Assembly (NCBI GenBank): GCA_964016885.1
Contig: OZ024741.1
Location: 211,730,001-211,794,000, forward strand
Direction of reading: 5' to 3'
From: Eledone cirrhosa
Lineage: Eukaryota
Length of the DNA stretch: 64,000 bases
The stretch's first letter is position 1. Every line of letters starts with the position of its first letter. Of this stretch, positions 1 through 14,900 are shown in pieces. A model generated the notes under the pieces. The model saw only the letters and a program-made list of their open reading frames with translations, searched no databases and was not told the origin of the DNA. Position numbers and translations under genes: made by a program.

Positions 1-3000
1 ATGTTGTCATTGTTGTTGATGTTGTTATTGTTGTTGATGTTGTTATTGTTTATGATGTTGTTATTGTTGTTGATGTTGTCATTGTTGTTGATGTTGTTAT
101 TGTTGTTGATGTTGTTATTGTTGTTTGTCATTGTTGTTGATGTTGTCATTGATGTTGATGTTGTTATTGTTGTTGATGTTGTCATTGTTGTTGATGTTGT
201 TATTGTTGTTGATGTTGTTATTGTTGTTGATATTTTCAATGTTGTTGATGTTGTTATTGATGTTGATGTTGTTATTGTTGTTGGTGTTGTCATTGTTGTT
301 GATGTTGTTATTGTTGTTGATATTGTTATTGTTGTTGATGTTGTTATTGTTGTTGATGTTGTCATTCTCGTTGATGTTGTTATTGTTGTTGATGTTGTCA
401 TTGTTGTTGATGTTGTTATTGTTGTTGGTGTTGTCATTGTTGTTGATGTTGTCATTGTTGTTGATGTTGTCATTGTTGTTGATGTTGCTATTGTTGTTGG
501 TGTTGTCATTGTTGTTGATGTTGTTATTGTTGTTGATGTTGTTATTGTTGTTGATGTTGTCATCGTTGTTGATGTTGTCATTGTTGTTGATGTTGTTATT
601 GTTGTTGATGTTGTCATTGTTGTTGATGTTGTTATTGTTGGTGATGTTGTTATTGTTGATGTTGTTATTGTTGTTGATGTTGTCATTGTTGTTGATGTTG
701 TTCTTGTTGTTGATGTTGTCATTGTTATTGATGTTGTCATTGTTGTTGATGTTGTTATTGTTGTTGATGTTGTCATTGTTGTTGATGTTGTTATTGTTGT
801 TGATGTTGTTATTGTTGATGTTGTTATTGTTGTTGATGTTATCATTGTTGTTGATGTTGATATCGTTGTTGATGTTGTTATTGTTGATGTTGTTATTGTT
901 GTTGATGTTGTTATTGTTGTTGATGTTTTTATTGTTGTTGATGTTGTCATTGTTGTTGATGTTGTCATTGTTGTTGATGTTGTCATTGCTGTTGATGTTG
1001 TTATTGTTGTTGATGTTGTCATTGTTGTTGATGTTGTGTTGTTGATGTTTTCATTGTTGTTGATGTTGTTATTGTTGTTGTTGTTATTGTTGTTGATGTT
1101 GTTATTGTTGTTGATGTTGTCATTGTTGTTGATGTTGTTATTGTTGTTGATGTTGTTATTGTTGTTGATGTTGTTATTGTTGTTGTCATTGTTGTTGATG
1201 TTGTCATTGTTGTTGGTGTTGTCATTGTTGCTGGTGTTGTCATTGTTGTTGATGTTGTTATTGTTGTTGATGTTGTCATTGTTGTTGATGTTGTTATTGT
1301 TGTTGATGTTGTTATTGTTGTTGATATTTTCAATGTTGTTGATGTTGTTATTGATGTTGATGTTGTTATTGTTGTTGGTGTTGTCATTGTTGTTGATGTT
1401 GTTATTGTTGTTGATATTGTTATTGTTGTTGATGTTGTTATTGTTGTTGATGTTGTCATTGTCGTTGATGTTGTTATTGTTGTTGATGTTGTCATTGTTG
1501 TTGATGTTGTTATTGTTGTTGGTGTTGTCATTGTTGTTGATGTTGTCATTGTTGTTGATGTTGTCATTGTTGTTGATGTTGTTATTGTTGTTGGTGTTGT
1601 CATTGTTGTTGATGTTGTTATTGTTGTTGATGTTGTTATTGTTGTTGATGTTGTCATCGTTGTTGATGTTGTCATTGTTGTTGATGTTGTTATTGTTGTT
1701 GATGTTGTCATTGTTGTTGATGTTGTTATTGTTGGTGATGTTGTTATTGTTGATGTTGTTATTGTTGTTGATGTTGTCATTGTTGTTGATGTTGTTCTTG
1801 TTGTTGATGTTGTCATTGTTGTTGATGTTGTCATTGTTGTTGATGTTGTCATTGTTGTTGATGTTGTTATTGTTGTTGATGTTGTTATTGTTGTTGATGT
1901 TGTCATTGTTGTTGATGTTGTCATTGTTGTTGATGTTGTTCTTGTTGTTGATGTTGTTATTGTTGTTGATGTTGTCATTGTTGTTGATGTTGTCATTGTT
2001 GTTGATGTTTTCATTGTTGTTGATGTTGTTATTGTTGTTGATGTTGTTATTGTTGTTGATGTTGTTATTGTTGTTGATGTTGTCATTGTTGTTGATGTTG
2101 TTATTGTTGTTGATGTTGATATTGTTGTTGATGTTGTTATTGTTGTTGTCATTGTTGTTGATGTTGTCATTGTTGTTGGTGTTGTCATTGTTGTTGGTGT
2201 TGTCATTGTTGTTCATGTTGTTATTGTTGTTGATGTTGTCATTGTTGTTGATGTTGTTATTGTTGTTGATTTTGTTATTGTTGTTGATGCTGTTATTGTT
2301 GTTGATGTTGTTATAGTTGTTGATGTTGTTATTGTTGTTGGTGTTGTCATTGTTGTTGACGTTGTCATCGTTGTTGATGTTGTCATTGTTGTTGATGTTG
2401 TTATTGTTGTTGATGTTGTCATCGTTGTTGATGTTGTCATTGTTGTTGATGTTGTTATTGTTGTTGATGTTGTCATTGTTGTTGATGTTGTTATTGTTGT
2501 TGATGTTGTCATTGTTGTTGATGTTATTGTTGTTGATGTTGCTATTGTTGTTGTCATTGTTGTTGATGTTGTCATTGTTGTTGGTGTTGTCATCGTTGTT
2601 GGTGTTGTCATTGTTGTTGATGTTGTTATTGTTGTTGATTTTGTTATTGTTGTTGATGCTGTTATTGTTGTTGATGTTGTTATAGTTGTTGATGTTGTTA
2701 TTGTTGTTGATGTTGTTATTGTTGTTGATGTTGTCATCGTTGTTGATGTTGTCATTGTTGTTGATGTTGTTATTGTTGTTGATGTTGTCATTGTTGTTGA
2801 TGTTGTTATTGTTGTTGATGTTGTCATTGTTGTTGATGTTATTGTTGTTGATGTTGCTATTGTTGTTGTCATTGTTGTTGATGTTGTCATTGTTGTTGGT
2901 GTTGTCATCGTTGTTGGTGTTGTCATTGTTGTTGATGTTGTTATTGTTGTTGATGTTGTTATTGTTGTTGATGTTGTTATTGTTGTTGATGTTGTCATTG

Positions 3001-6000
3001 TTGTTGATGTTGTCATTGTTGTTGATGTTGTCATTGCTGTTGATGTTGTTATTGTTGTTGATGTTGTCATTGTTGTTGATGTTGTGTTGTTGATGTTTTC
3101 ATTGTTGTTGATGTTGTTATTGTTGTTGTTGTTGTTATTGTTGTTGATGTTGTTATTGTTGTTGATGTTGTCATTGTTGTTGATGTTGTTATTGTTGTTG
3201 ATGTTGTTATTGTTGTTGATGTTGTTATTGTTGTTGTCATTGTTGTTGATGTTGTCATTGTTGTTGGTGTTGTCATTGTTGCTGGTGTTGTCATTGTTGT
3301 TGATGTTGTTATTGTTGTTGATGTTGTCATTGTTGTTGATGTTGTTATTGTTGTTGATTTTGTTATTGTTGTTGATGTTGTTATTGTTGTTGATGTTGTT
3401 ATTGTTGTTGATGTTGTCATTGTTGTTGATGTTGTTATTGGTGTTGATGTTGTTATTGTTGTTGATGTTGTCATTGTTGTTAATGTTGTTATTGTTGTTG
3501 ATGTTGTTATTGTTGTTGATGTTGTTATCGTCGTTGATGTTGTTATAGTTGTTGATGTTGTCATTGTTGTTGATGTTGTTATTGTTGTTGATGTTGTTAT
3601 TGTTGTTGATGCTGTATTTGTTGTTGATGTTGTTATTGTTGTTGATGTTGTTATTGTTGTTGATGTTGATGTTGTTATTGTTGTTGATGTTGTGATTGTT
3701 GTTGTCATTGTTTTTGATGTTGTCATTGTTGTTGGTGTTGTCATCGTTGTTGGTGTTGTCATTGTTGTTGATGTTGTTATTGTTGTTGATGTTGTCATTG
3801 TTGTTGATGTTGTCATTGTTGTTGATGTTGTCATTGTTGTTCATGTTGTCATTATTGTTGATGTTGTTATTGTTGTTGATGTTGTTATTGTTGTTGATGT
3901 TGTTATTGTTGTTGGTGTTGTCATTGTTGTTGATGTTGTTATTGTTGTTGATATTGTTATTGTTGTTGATGTTGTTATTGTTGTTGATGTTATCATTCTC
4001 GTTGATGTTGTTATTGTTGTTGATGTTGTCATTGTTGTTGATGTTGTTATTGTTGTTGGTGTTGTCATTGTTGTTGATGTTGTCATTGTTGTTGATGTTG
4101 TCATTGTTGTTCATGTTGTCATTATTGTTGATGTTGTTATTGTTGTTGATGTTGTTATTGATGTTGATGTTGTTATTGTTGTTGGTGTTGTCATTGTTGT
4201 TGATGTTGTTATTGTTGTTGATATTGTTATTGTTGTTGATGTTGTTATTGTTGTTGATGTTGTCATTCTCGTTGATGTTGTTATTGTTGTTGATGTTGTC
4301 ATTGTTGTTGATGTTGTTATTGTTGTTGGTGTTGTCATTGTTGTTGATGTTGTCATTGTTGTTGATGTTGTCATTGTTGTTGATGTTGTTATTGTTGTTG
4401 GTGTTGTCATTGTTGTTGATGTTGTTATTGTTGTTGATGTTGTTATTGTTGTTGATGTTGTCATCGTTGTTGATGTTGTCATTGTTGTTGATGTTGTTAT
4501 TGTTGGTGATGTTGTTATTGTTGATGTTGTTATTGTTGTTGATGTTGTCATTGTTGTTGATGTTGTTCTTGTTGTTGATGTTGTCATTGTTATTGATGTT
4601 GTCATTGTTGTTGATGTTGTTATTGTTGTTGATGTTGTCATTGTTGTTGATGTTGTTATGGTTGTTGATGTTGTTATTGTTGATGTTGTTATTGTTGTTG
4701 ATGTTATCATTGTTGTTGATGTTGATATCGTTGTTGATGTTGTTATTGTTGATGTTGTTATTGTTGTTGATGTTGTTATTGTTGTTGATGTTTCTATTGT
4801 TGTTGATGTTGTCATTGTTGTTGATGTTGTCATTGTTGTTGATGTTGTCATTGCTGTTGATGTTGTTATTGTTGTTGATGTTGTCATTGTTGTTGATGTT
4901 GTGTTGTTGATGTTTTCATTGTTGTTGATGTTGTTATTGTTGTTGTTGTTATTGTTGTTGATGTTGTTATTGTTGTTGATGTTGTCATTGTTGTTGATGT
5001 TGTTATTGTTGTTGATGTTGTTATTGTTGTTGATGTTGTTATTGTTGTTGTCATTGTTGTTGATGTTGTCATTGTTGTTGGTGTTGTCATTGTTGCTGGT
5101 GTTGTCATTGTTGTTGATGTTGTTATTGTTGTTGATGTTGTCATTGTTGTTGATGTTGTTATTGTTGTTGATGTTGTTATTGTTGTTGATATTTTCAATG
5201 TTGTTGATGTTGTTATTGATGTTGATGTTGTTATTGTTGTTGGTGTTGTCATTGTTGTTGATGTTGTTATTGTTGTTGATATTGTTATTGTTGTTGATGT
5301 TGTTATTGTTGTTGATGTTGTCATTGTCGTTGATGTTGTTATTGTTGTTGATGTTGTCATTGTTGTTGATGTTGTTATTGTTGTTGGTGTTGTCATTGTT
5401 GTTGATGTTGTCATTGTTGTTGATGTTGTCATTGTTGTTGATGTTGTTATTGTTGTTGGTGTTGTCATTGTTGTTGATGTTGTTATTGTTGTTGATGTTG
5501 TTATTGTTGTTGATGTTGTCATCGTTGTTGATGTTGTCATTGTTGTTGATGTTGTTATTGTTGTTGATGTTGTCATTGTTGTTGATGTTGTTATTGTTGG
5601 TGATGTTGTTATTGTTGATGTTGTTATTGTTGTTGATGTTGTCATTGTTGTTGATGTTGTTCTTGTTGTTGATGTTGTCATTGTTGTTGATGTTGTCATT
5701 GTTGTTGATGTTGTTATTGTTGTTGATGTTGTCATTGTTGTTGATGTTGTTATTGTTGTTGATGTTGTTATTGTTGATGTTGTTATTGTTGTTGATGTTA
5801 TCATTGTTGTTGATGTTGATATCGTTGTTGATGTTGTTATTGTTGATGTTGTTATTGTTGTTGATGTTGTTATTGTTGTTGATGTTTTTATTGTTGTTGA
5901 TGTTGTCATTGTTGTTGATGTTGTCATTGTTGTTGATGTTGTCATTGCTGTTGATGTTGTTATTGTTGTTGATGTTGTCATTGTTGTTGATGTTGTTATT

Positions 6001-8900
6001 GTTGGTGATGTTGTTATTGTTGATGTTGTTATTGTTGTTGATGTTGTCATTGTTGTTGATGTTGTTCTTGTTGTTGATGTTGATATCGTTGTTGATGTTG
6101 TTATTGTTGATGTTGTTATTGTTGTTGATGTTTTCATTGTTGTTGATGTTGTTATTGTTGTTGTTGTTGTTATTGTTGTTGATGTTGTTATTGTTGTTGA
6201 TGTTGTCATTGTTGTTGATGTTGTTATTGTTGTTGATGTTGTTATTGTTGTTGATGTTGTTAATGTTGTTGTCATTGTTGTTGATGTTGTCATTGTTGTT
6301 GGTGTTGTCATTGTTGCTGGTGTTGTCATTGTTGTTGATGTTGTTATTGTTGTTGATGTTGTCATTGTTGTTGATGTTGTTATTGTTGTTGATTTTGTTA
6401 TTGTTGATGATGTTGTTATTGTTGTTGATGTTGTTATTGTTGTTGATGTTGTCATTGTTGTTGATGTTGTTATTGGTGTTGATGTTGTTATTGTTGTTGA
6501 TGTTGTCATTGTTGTTAATGTTGTTATTGTTGTTGATGTTGTTATTGTTGTTGATGTTGTTATCGTCGTTGATGTTGTTATAGTTGTTGATGTTGTCATT
6601 GTTGTTGATGTTGTTATTGTTGTTGATGTTGTTATTGTTGTTGATGCTGTATTTGTTGTTGATGTTGTTATTGTTGTTGATGTTGTTATTGTTGTTGATG
6701 TTGATGTTGTTATTGTTGTTGATGTTGTGATTGTTGTTGTCATTGTTGTTGATGTTGTCATTGTTGTTGGTGTTGTCATCGTTGTTGGTGTTGTCATTGT
6801 TGTTGATGTTGTTATTGTTGTTGATGTTGTCATTGTTGTTGATGTTGTCATTGTTGTTGATGTTGTCATTGTTGTTCATGTTGTCATTATTGTTGATGTT
6901 GTTATTGTTGTTGATGTTGTTATTGTTGTTGATGTTGTCATTGTTGTTAATGTTGTTATTGTTGTTGATGTTGTTATTGTTGTTGGTGTTGTCATTGTTG
7001 TTGATGTTGTCATTGTTGTTGATGTTGTTATTGTTGTTGATGTTGTTATTGTTTATGATGTTGTTATTGTTGTTGATGTTGTCATTGTTGTTGATGTTGT
7101 TATTGTTGTTGATGTTGTTATTGTTGTTTGTCATTGTTGTTGATGTTGTCATTGATGTTGATGTTGTTATTGTTGTTGATGTTGTCATTGTTGTTGATGT
7201 TGTTATTGTTGTTGATGTTGTTATTGTTGTTGATATTTTCAATGTTGTTGATGTTGTTATTGATGTTGATGTTGTTATTGTTGTTGGTGTTGTCATTGTT
7301 GTTGATGTTGTTATTGTTGTTGATATTGTTATTGTTGTTGATGTTGTTATTGTTGTTGATGTTGTCATTCTCGTTGATGTTGTTATTGTTGTTGATGTTG
7401 TCATTGTTGTTGATGTTGTTATTGTTGTTGGTGTTGTCATTGTTGTTGATGTTGTCATTGTTGTTGATGTTGTCATTGTTGTTGATGTTGCTATTGTTGT
7501 TGGTGTTGTCATTGTTGTTGATGTTGTTATTGTTGTTGATGTTGTTATTGTTGTTGATGTTGTCATCGTTGTTGATGTTGTCATTGTTGTTGATGTTGTT
7601 ATTGTTGTTGATGTTGTCATTGTTGTTGATGTTGTTATTGTTGGTGATGTTGTTATTGTTGATGTTGTTATTGTTGTTGATGTTGTCATTGTTGTTGATG
7701 TTGTTCTTGTTGTTGATGTTGTCATTGTTATTGATGTTGTCATTGTTGTTGATGTTGTTATTGTTGTTGATGTTGTCATTGTTGTTGATGTTGTTATTGT
7801 TGTTGATGTTGTTATTGTTGATGTTGTTATTGTTGTTGATGTTATCATTGTTGTTGATGTTGATATCGTTGTTGATGTTGTTATTGTTGATGTTGTTATT
7901 GTTGTTGATGTTGTTATTGTTGTTGATGTTTTTATTGTTGTTGATGTTGTCATTGTTGTTGATGTTGTCATTGTTGTTGATGTTGTCATTGCTGTTGATG
8001 TTGTTATTGTTGTTGATGTTGTCATTGTTGTTGATGTTGTGTTGTTGATGTTTTCATTGTTGTTGATGTTGTTATTGTTGTTGTTGTTATTGTTGTTGAT
8101 GTTGTTATTGTTGTTGATGTTGTCATTGTTGTTGATGTTGTTATTGTTGTTGATGTTGTTATTGTTGTTGATGTTGTTATTGTTGTTGTCATTGTTGTTG
8201 ATGTTGTCATTGTTGTTGGTGTTGTCATTGTTGCTGGTGTTGTCATTGTTGTTGATGTTGTTATTGTTATTGATGTTGTCATTGTTGTTGATGTTGTTAT
8301 TGTTGTTGATGTTGTTATTGTTGTTGATATTTTCAATGTTGTTGATGTTGTTATTGATGTTGATGTTGTTATTGTTGTTGGTGTTGTCATTGTTGTTGAT
8401 GTTGTTATTGTTGTTGATATTGTTATTGTTGTTGATGTTGTTATTGTTGTTGATGTTGTCATTGTCGTTGATGTTGTTATTGTTGTTGATGTTGTCATTG
8501 TTGTTGATGTTGTTATTGTTGTTGGTGTTGTCATTGTTGTTGATGTTGTCATTGTTGTTGATGTTGTCATTGTTGTTGATGTTGTTATTGTTGTTGGTGT
8601 TGTCATTGTTGTTGATGTTGTTATTGTTGTTGATGTTGTTATTGTTGTTGATGTTGTCATCGTTGTTGATGTTGTCATTGTTGTTGATGTTGTTATTGTT
8701 GTTGATGTTGTCATTGTTGTTGATGTTGTTATTGTTGGTGATGTTGTTATTGTTGATGTTGTTATTGTTGTTGATGTTGTCATTGTTGTTGATGTTGTTC
8801 TTGTTGTTGATGTTGTCATTGTTGTTGATGTTGTCATTGTTGTTGATGTTGTCATTGTTGTTGATGTTGTTATTGTTGTTGATGTTGTTATTGTTGTTGA
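1..8900 (+). repeat. Segmental repeat pair: ~1-1900 recurs at ~7004-8900 (offset 7003 bp)
   Basis: ORFs 125..1045 and 7128..8048 have the same 306-aa translation. Markers GATATTTTCAAT (229/7232 and 1323/8326), the ATTCTC monomer and GATATC (859/7862) are all offset by 7003. Confidence 0.85.
2260..3000 (+). repeat. Local ~369-bp higher-order tandem duplication
   Basis: The marker run GATTTTGTT...GATGCTGTT...ATAGTT occurs at ~2268 and ~2637. ORF starts 2317 and 2686 differ by 369 bp. Confidence 0.7.
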
Positions 8901-11900
8901 TGTTGTCATTGTTGTTGATGTTGTCATTGTTGTTGATGTTGTCATTGTTGTTGATGTTGTTATTGTTGTTGATGTTGTTATTGTTGTTGATGTTGTCATT
9001 GTTGTTGAAGTTGTCATTGTTGTTGATGTTGTTATTGTTGTTGATGTTGTTATTGTTGTTGATGTTGTCATTTTTGTTGATGTTGTCATTGTTGTTGATG
9101 TTGATATTGTTGTTGATGTTGTTATTGTTGTTGATGTTGTCATTGTTGTTGATGTTGTTATTGTTGTTGATGTTGTTATTGTTTATGATGTTGTTATTGT
9201 TGTTGATGTTGTCATTGTTGTTGATGTTGTTATTGTTGTTGATGTTGTTATTGTTGTTTGTCATTGTTGTTGATGTTGTCATTGATGTTGATGTTGTTAT
9301 TGTTGTTGATGTTGTTCTTGTTGTTGATGTTGTCATTGTTATTGATGTTGTCATTGTTGTTGATGTTGTTATTGTTGTTGATGTTGTCATTGTTGTTGAT
9401 GTTGTTATTGTTGTTGATGTTGTTATTGTTGATGTTGTTATTGTTGTTGATGTTATCATTGTTGTTGATGTTGATATCGTTGTTGATGTTGTTATTGTTG
9501 ATGTTGTTATTGTTGTTGATGTTGTTATTGTTGTTGATGTTTTTATTGTTGTTGATGTTGTCATTGTTGTTGATGTTGTCATTGTTGTTGATGTTGTCAT
9601 TGCTGTTGATGTTGTTATTGTTGTTGATGTTGTCATTGTTGTTGATGTTGTGTTGTTGATGTTTTCATTGTTGTTGATGTTGTTATTGTTGTTGTTGTTA
9701 TTGTTGTTGATGTTGTTATTGTTGTTGATGTTGTCATTGTTGTTGATGTTGTTATTGTTGTTGATGTTGTTATTGTTGTTGATGTTGTTATTGTTGTTGT
9801 CATTGTTGTTGATGTTGTCATTGTTGTTGGTGTTGTCATTGTTGCTGGTGTTGTCATTGTTGTTGATGTTGTTATTGTTGTTGATGTTGTCATTGTTGTT
9901 GATGTTGTTATTGTTGTTGATGTTGTTATTGTTGTTGATATTTTCAATGTTGTTGATGTTGTTATTGATGTTGATGTTGTTATTGTTGTTGGTGTTGTCA
10001 TTGTTGTTGATGTTGTTATTGTTGTTGATATTGTTATTGTTGTTGATGTTGTTATTGTTGTTGATGTTGTCATTGTCGTTGATGTTGTTATTGTTGTTGA
10101 TGTTCTCATTGTTGTTGATGTTGTTATTGTTGTTGGTGTTGTCATTGTTGTTGATGTTGTCATTGTTGTTGATGTTGTCATTGTTGTTGATGTTGTTATT
10201 GTTGTTGGTGTTGTCATTGTTGTTGATGTTGTTATTGTTGTTGATGTTGTTATTGTTGTTGATGTTGTCATCGTTGTTGATGTTGTCATTGTTGTTGATG
10301 TTGTTATTGTTGTTGATGTTGTCATTGTTGTTGATGTTGTTATTGTTGGTGATGTTGTTATTGTTGATGTTGTTATTGTTGTTGATGTTGTCATTGTTGT
10401 TGATGTTGTTCTTGTTGTTAATGTTGTCATTGTTGTTGATGTTGTCATTGTTGTTGATGTTGTTATTGTTGTTGATGTTGTCATTGTTGTTGATGTTGTT
10501 ATTGTTGTTGATGTTGTTATTGTTGATGTTGTTATTGTTGTTGATGTTATCATTGTTGTTGATGTTGATATCGTTGTTGATGTTGTTATTGTTGATGTTG
10601 ATATTGTTGTTGATGTTTGTTATTGTTGTTGATGTTTTTATTGTTGTTGATGTTGTCATTGTTGTTGATGTTGTCATTGTTGTTGATGTTGTCATTGCTG
10701 TTGATGTTGTTATTGTTGTTGATGTTGTCATTGTTGTTGATGTTGTGTTGTTGATGTTTTCATTGTTGTTGATGTTGTTATTGTTGTTGTTGTTGTTATT
10801 GTTGTTGATGTTGTTATTGTTGTTGATGTTGTCATTGTTGTTGATGTCGTTATTGTTGTTGATGTTGTTATTGTTGTTGATGTTGTTATTGTTGTTGTCA
10901 TTGTTGTTGATGTTGTCATTGTTGTTGGTGTTGTCATTGTTGTTGATGTTGTTATTGTTGTTGATTTTTTATTGTTGTTGATGTTGTTATTGTTGTTGAT
11001 GTTGTTATTGTTGTTGATGTTGTCATTGTTGTTGATGTTGTTATTGGTGTTGATGTTGTTATTGTTGTTGATGTTGTCATTGTTGTTAATGTTGTTATTG
11101 TTGTTGATGTTGTTATTGTTGTTGATGTTGTTATCGTCGTTGATGTTGTTATAGTTGTTGATGTTGTCATTGTTGTTGATGTTGTTATTGTTGTTGATGT
11201 TGTTATTGTTGTTGTCATTGTTGTTGATGTTGTCATTGTTGTTGGTGTTGTCATCGTTGTTGGTGTTGTCATTGTTGTTGATGTTGTTATTGTTGTTGAT
11301 GTTGTCATTGTTGTTGATGTTGTCATTGTTGTTGATGTTGTCATTGTTGTTCATGTTGTCATTATTGTTGATGTTGTTATTGTTGTTGATGTTGTTATTG
11401 TTGTTGATGTTGTCATTGTTGTTAATGTTGTTATTGTTGTTGGTGTTGTCATTGTTGTTGATGTTGTCATTGTTGTTGATGTTGTTATTGTTGTTGATGT
11501 TGTTATTGTTTATGATGTTGTTATTGTTGTTGATGTTGTCATTGTTGTTGATGTTGTTATTGTTGTTGATGTTGTTATTGTTGTTGATATTTTCAATGTT
11601 GTTGTAGTTGTTATTGATGTTGATGTTGTTATTGTTGTTGGTGTTGTCATTGTTGTTGATGTTGTTATTGTTGTTGATATTGTTATTGTTGTTGATGTTG
11701 TTATTGTTGTTGATGTTGTCATTGTCGTTGATGTTGTTATTGTTGTTGATGTTGTCATTGTTGTTGATGTTGTTATTGTTGTTGGTGTTGTCATTGTTGT
11801 TGATGTTGTCATTGTTGTTGATGTTGTCATTGTTGTTGATGTTGTTATTGTTGTTGGTGTTGTCATTGTTGTTGATGTTGTTATTGTTGTTGATGTTGTT

Positions 11901-14900
11901 ATTGTTGTTGATGTTGTCATCATTGTTGATCTTGTCATTGTTGTTGATGTTGTTATTGTTGTTGATGTTGTCATTGTTGTTGATGTTGTTATTGTTGATG
12001 ATGTTGTTATTGTTGATGTTGTTATTGTTGTTGATGTTGTCATTGTTGTTGATGTTGTTCTTGTTGTTGATGTTGTCATTGTTGTTGATGTTGTCATTGT
12101 TGTTGATGTTGTTATTGTTGTTGATGTTGTCATTGTTGTTGATGTTGTTATTGTTGTTGATGTTGTTATTGTTGATGTTGTTATTGTTGTTGATGTTATC
12201 ATTGTTGTTGATGTTGATATCGTTGTTGATGTTGTTATTGTTGATGTTGTTATTGTTGTTGATGTTGTTATTGTTGTTGATGTTTTTATTGTTGTTGATG
12301 TTGTCATTGTTGTTGATGTTGTCATTGTTGTTGATGTTGTCATTGCTGTTGATGTTGTTATTGTTGTTGATGTTGTCATTGTTGTTGATGTTGTGTTGTT
12401 GATGTTTTCATTGTTGTTGATGTTGTTATTGTTGTTGTTGTTGTTATTGTTGTTGATGTTGTTATTGTTGTTGATGTTGTCATTGTTGTTGATGTTGTTA
12501 TTGTTGTTGATGTTGTTATTGTTGTTGATGTTGTTATTGTTGTTGTCATTGTTGTTGATGTTGTCATTGTTGTTGGTGTTGTCATTGTTGCTGGTGTTGT
12601 CATTGTTGTTGATGTTGTTATTGTTGTTGATGATGTCATTGTTGTTGATGTTGTTATTGTTGTTGATTTTGTTATTGTTGTTGATGTTGTTATTGTTGTT
12701 GATGTTGTTATTGTTGTTGATGTTGTCATTGTTGTTGATGTTGTTATTGGTGTTGATGTTGTTATTGTTGTTGATGTTGTCATTGTTGTTAATGTTGTTA
12801 TTGTTGTTGATGTTGTTATTGTTGTTGATGTTGTTATCGTCGTTGATGTTGTTATAGTTGTTGATGTTGTCATTGTTGTTGATGTTGTTATTGTTGTTGA
12901 TGTTGTTATTGTTGTTGATGCTGTATTTGTTGTTGATGTTGTTATTGTTGTTGATGTTGTTATTGTTGTTGATGTTGATGTTGTTATTGTTGTTGATGTT
13001 GTTATTGTTGTTGTCATTGTTGTTGATGTTGTCATTGTTGTTGGTGTTGTCATCGTTGTTGGTGTTGTCATTGTTGTTGATGTTGATATTGTTGTTGATG
13101 TTGTCATTGTTGTTGATGTTGTCATTGTTGTTGATGTTGTCATTGTTGTTCATGTTGTCATTATTGTTGATGTTGTTATTGTTGTTGATGTTGTTATTGT
13201 TGTTGATGTTGTCATTGTTGTTAATGTTGTTATTGTTGTTGATGTTGTTATTGTTGTTGGTGTTGTCATTGTTGTTGATGTTGTTATTGTTGTTGATGTT
13301 GTTATTGTTGTTGATGTTGTTATTGTTGTTGATGTTGTCATTGTTGTTGATGTTGTTATTGTTGTTGATGTTGTCATTGTTGTTGATGTTGTTATTGTTG
13401 TTGGTGTTGTCATTGTTGTTGATGTTGTTATTGTTGTTGATGTTGTTACTGTTGCTGATGTTGTCATCGTTGTTGATGTTCTCATTGTTGTTGATGTTGT
13501 TATTGTTGTTGATGTTGTCATTGTTGTTGATGTTGTTATTGTTGTTGATGTTGTCATTGTTGTTGATGTTATTGTTGTTGATGTTGCTATTGTTGTTGAT
13601 TTTTTTATCGACGTTGATGTTGTTATAGTTGTTGATGTTGTCATTGTTGTTGATGTTGTTATTGTCGTTGATGTTGTCATTGTTGTTGATGTTGTCATTG
13701 TTGTTGATGTTGTTATTGTTGTTGATGTTATTGTTGTTGATGTTGTCATTGTTGTTGATGTTGTCATTGTTGTTCATGTTGTCATTATTGTTGATGTTGT
13801 TATTGTTGTTGATGTTGTTATTGTTGTTGATGTTGTCATTGTTGTTGATGTTTTCATTGTTGTTGATGTTGTTATTGTTGTTGATGTTGTTATTGTTGTT
13901 GGTGTTGTCATTGTTGTTGATGTTGTTATTGTTGTTGATGTTGTTATGGTTGTTGATGTTGTTATTGTTGTTGATGTTGTTATTGTTGTTGATGTTGTTA
14001 TTGTTGTTGATGTTGTTATTGTTGTTGATGTTGTCATTGTTGTTGATGTTGTTATTGTTGTTGATGTTGTCATTCTTGTTGATGTTGTCATTGTTGTTGG
14101 TGTTGTCATTGTTGTTGATGTTGTTATTGTTTATGATATTGTAATTGTTGTTGATGTTGTAATTGTTGTTGATGTTGTTATTGTTGTTGATGTTGTTATT
14201 GTTGTTGATGTTGTCATTGTTGTTGATGTTGTCATTGTTGTTGATGTTGTTATTGTTGTTGATGTTGTCATTGTTGTTGATGTTGTTATTGTTGTTGATG
14301 TTGTTATTGTTGTTGATGTTGTCATTGTTGTTGATGTTGTTATTATTGTTGATGTTGTTATTGTTGTTGATGTTGTTATTGTTGTTGATGTTGTTATTGT
14401 TGTTGATGTTGTTATTGTGGTTGATGTTGTTATTGTTGATGTTGTTATTGTTGTTGATGTTGTCATTGTTGTTGATGTTGTTATCGTTGTTGATGTTGTT
14501 ATTGTTGATGTTGTTATTGTTGTTGATGTTGTTATTGTTGTTGATGTTGTCATTGTTGTTGATGTTGTCATTGTTGTTGATGTTTTCATTGTTGTTGATG
14601 TTGTTATTGTTGTTGATGTTGTTATTGTTGTTGATGTTTTCATTGTTGTTGGTGTTTTCATTGTTGTCGATGTTGTTATTGTTGTTGATGTTGTTATTGT
14701 TGTTGGTGTTGTCATTCTTGTTGATGTTGTTATTGTTGTTGATGTTGTAATTGTTGTTGATGTTGTCATTGTTGTTGATGTTGTTATTTTTGTTGGTGTT
14801 GTCATTGTTGTTGATGTTGTTATTGTTGTTGATGTTGTCATTGTTGTTGATGTTGTTATTGTTGTTGATGTTGTTATTGTTGGTGATGTTGTTATTGTTG

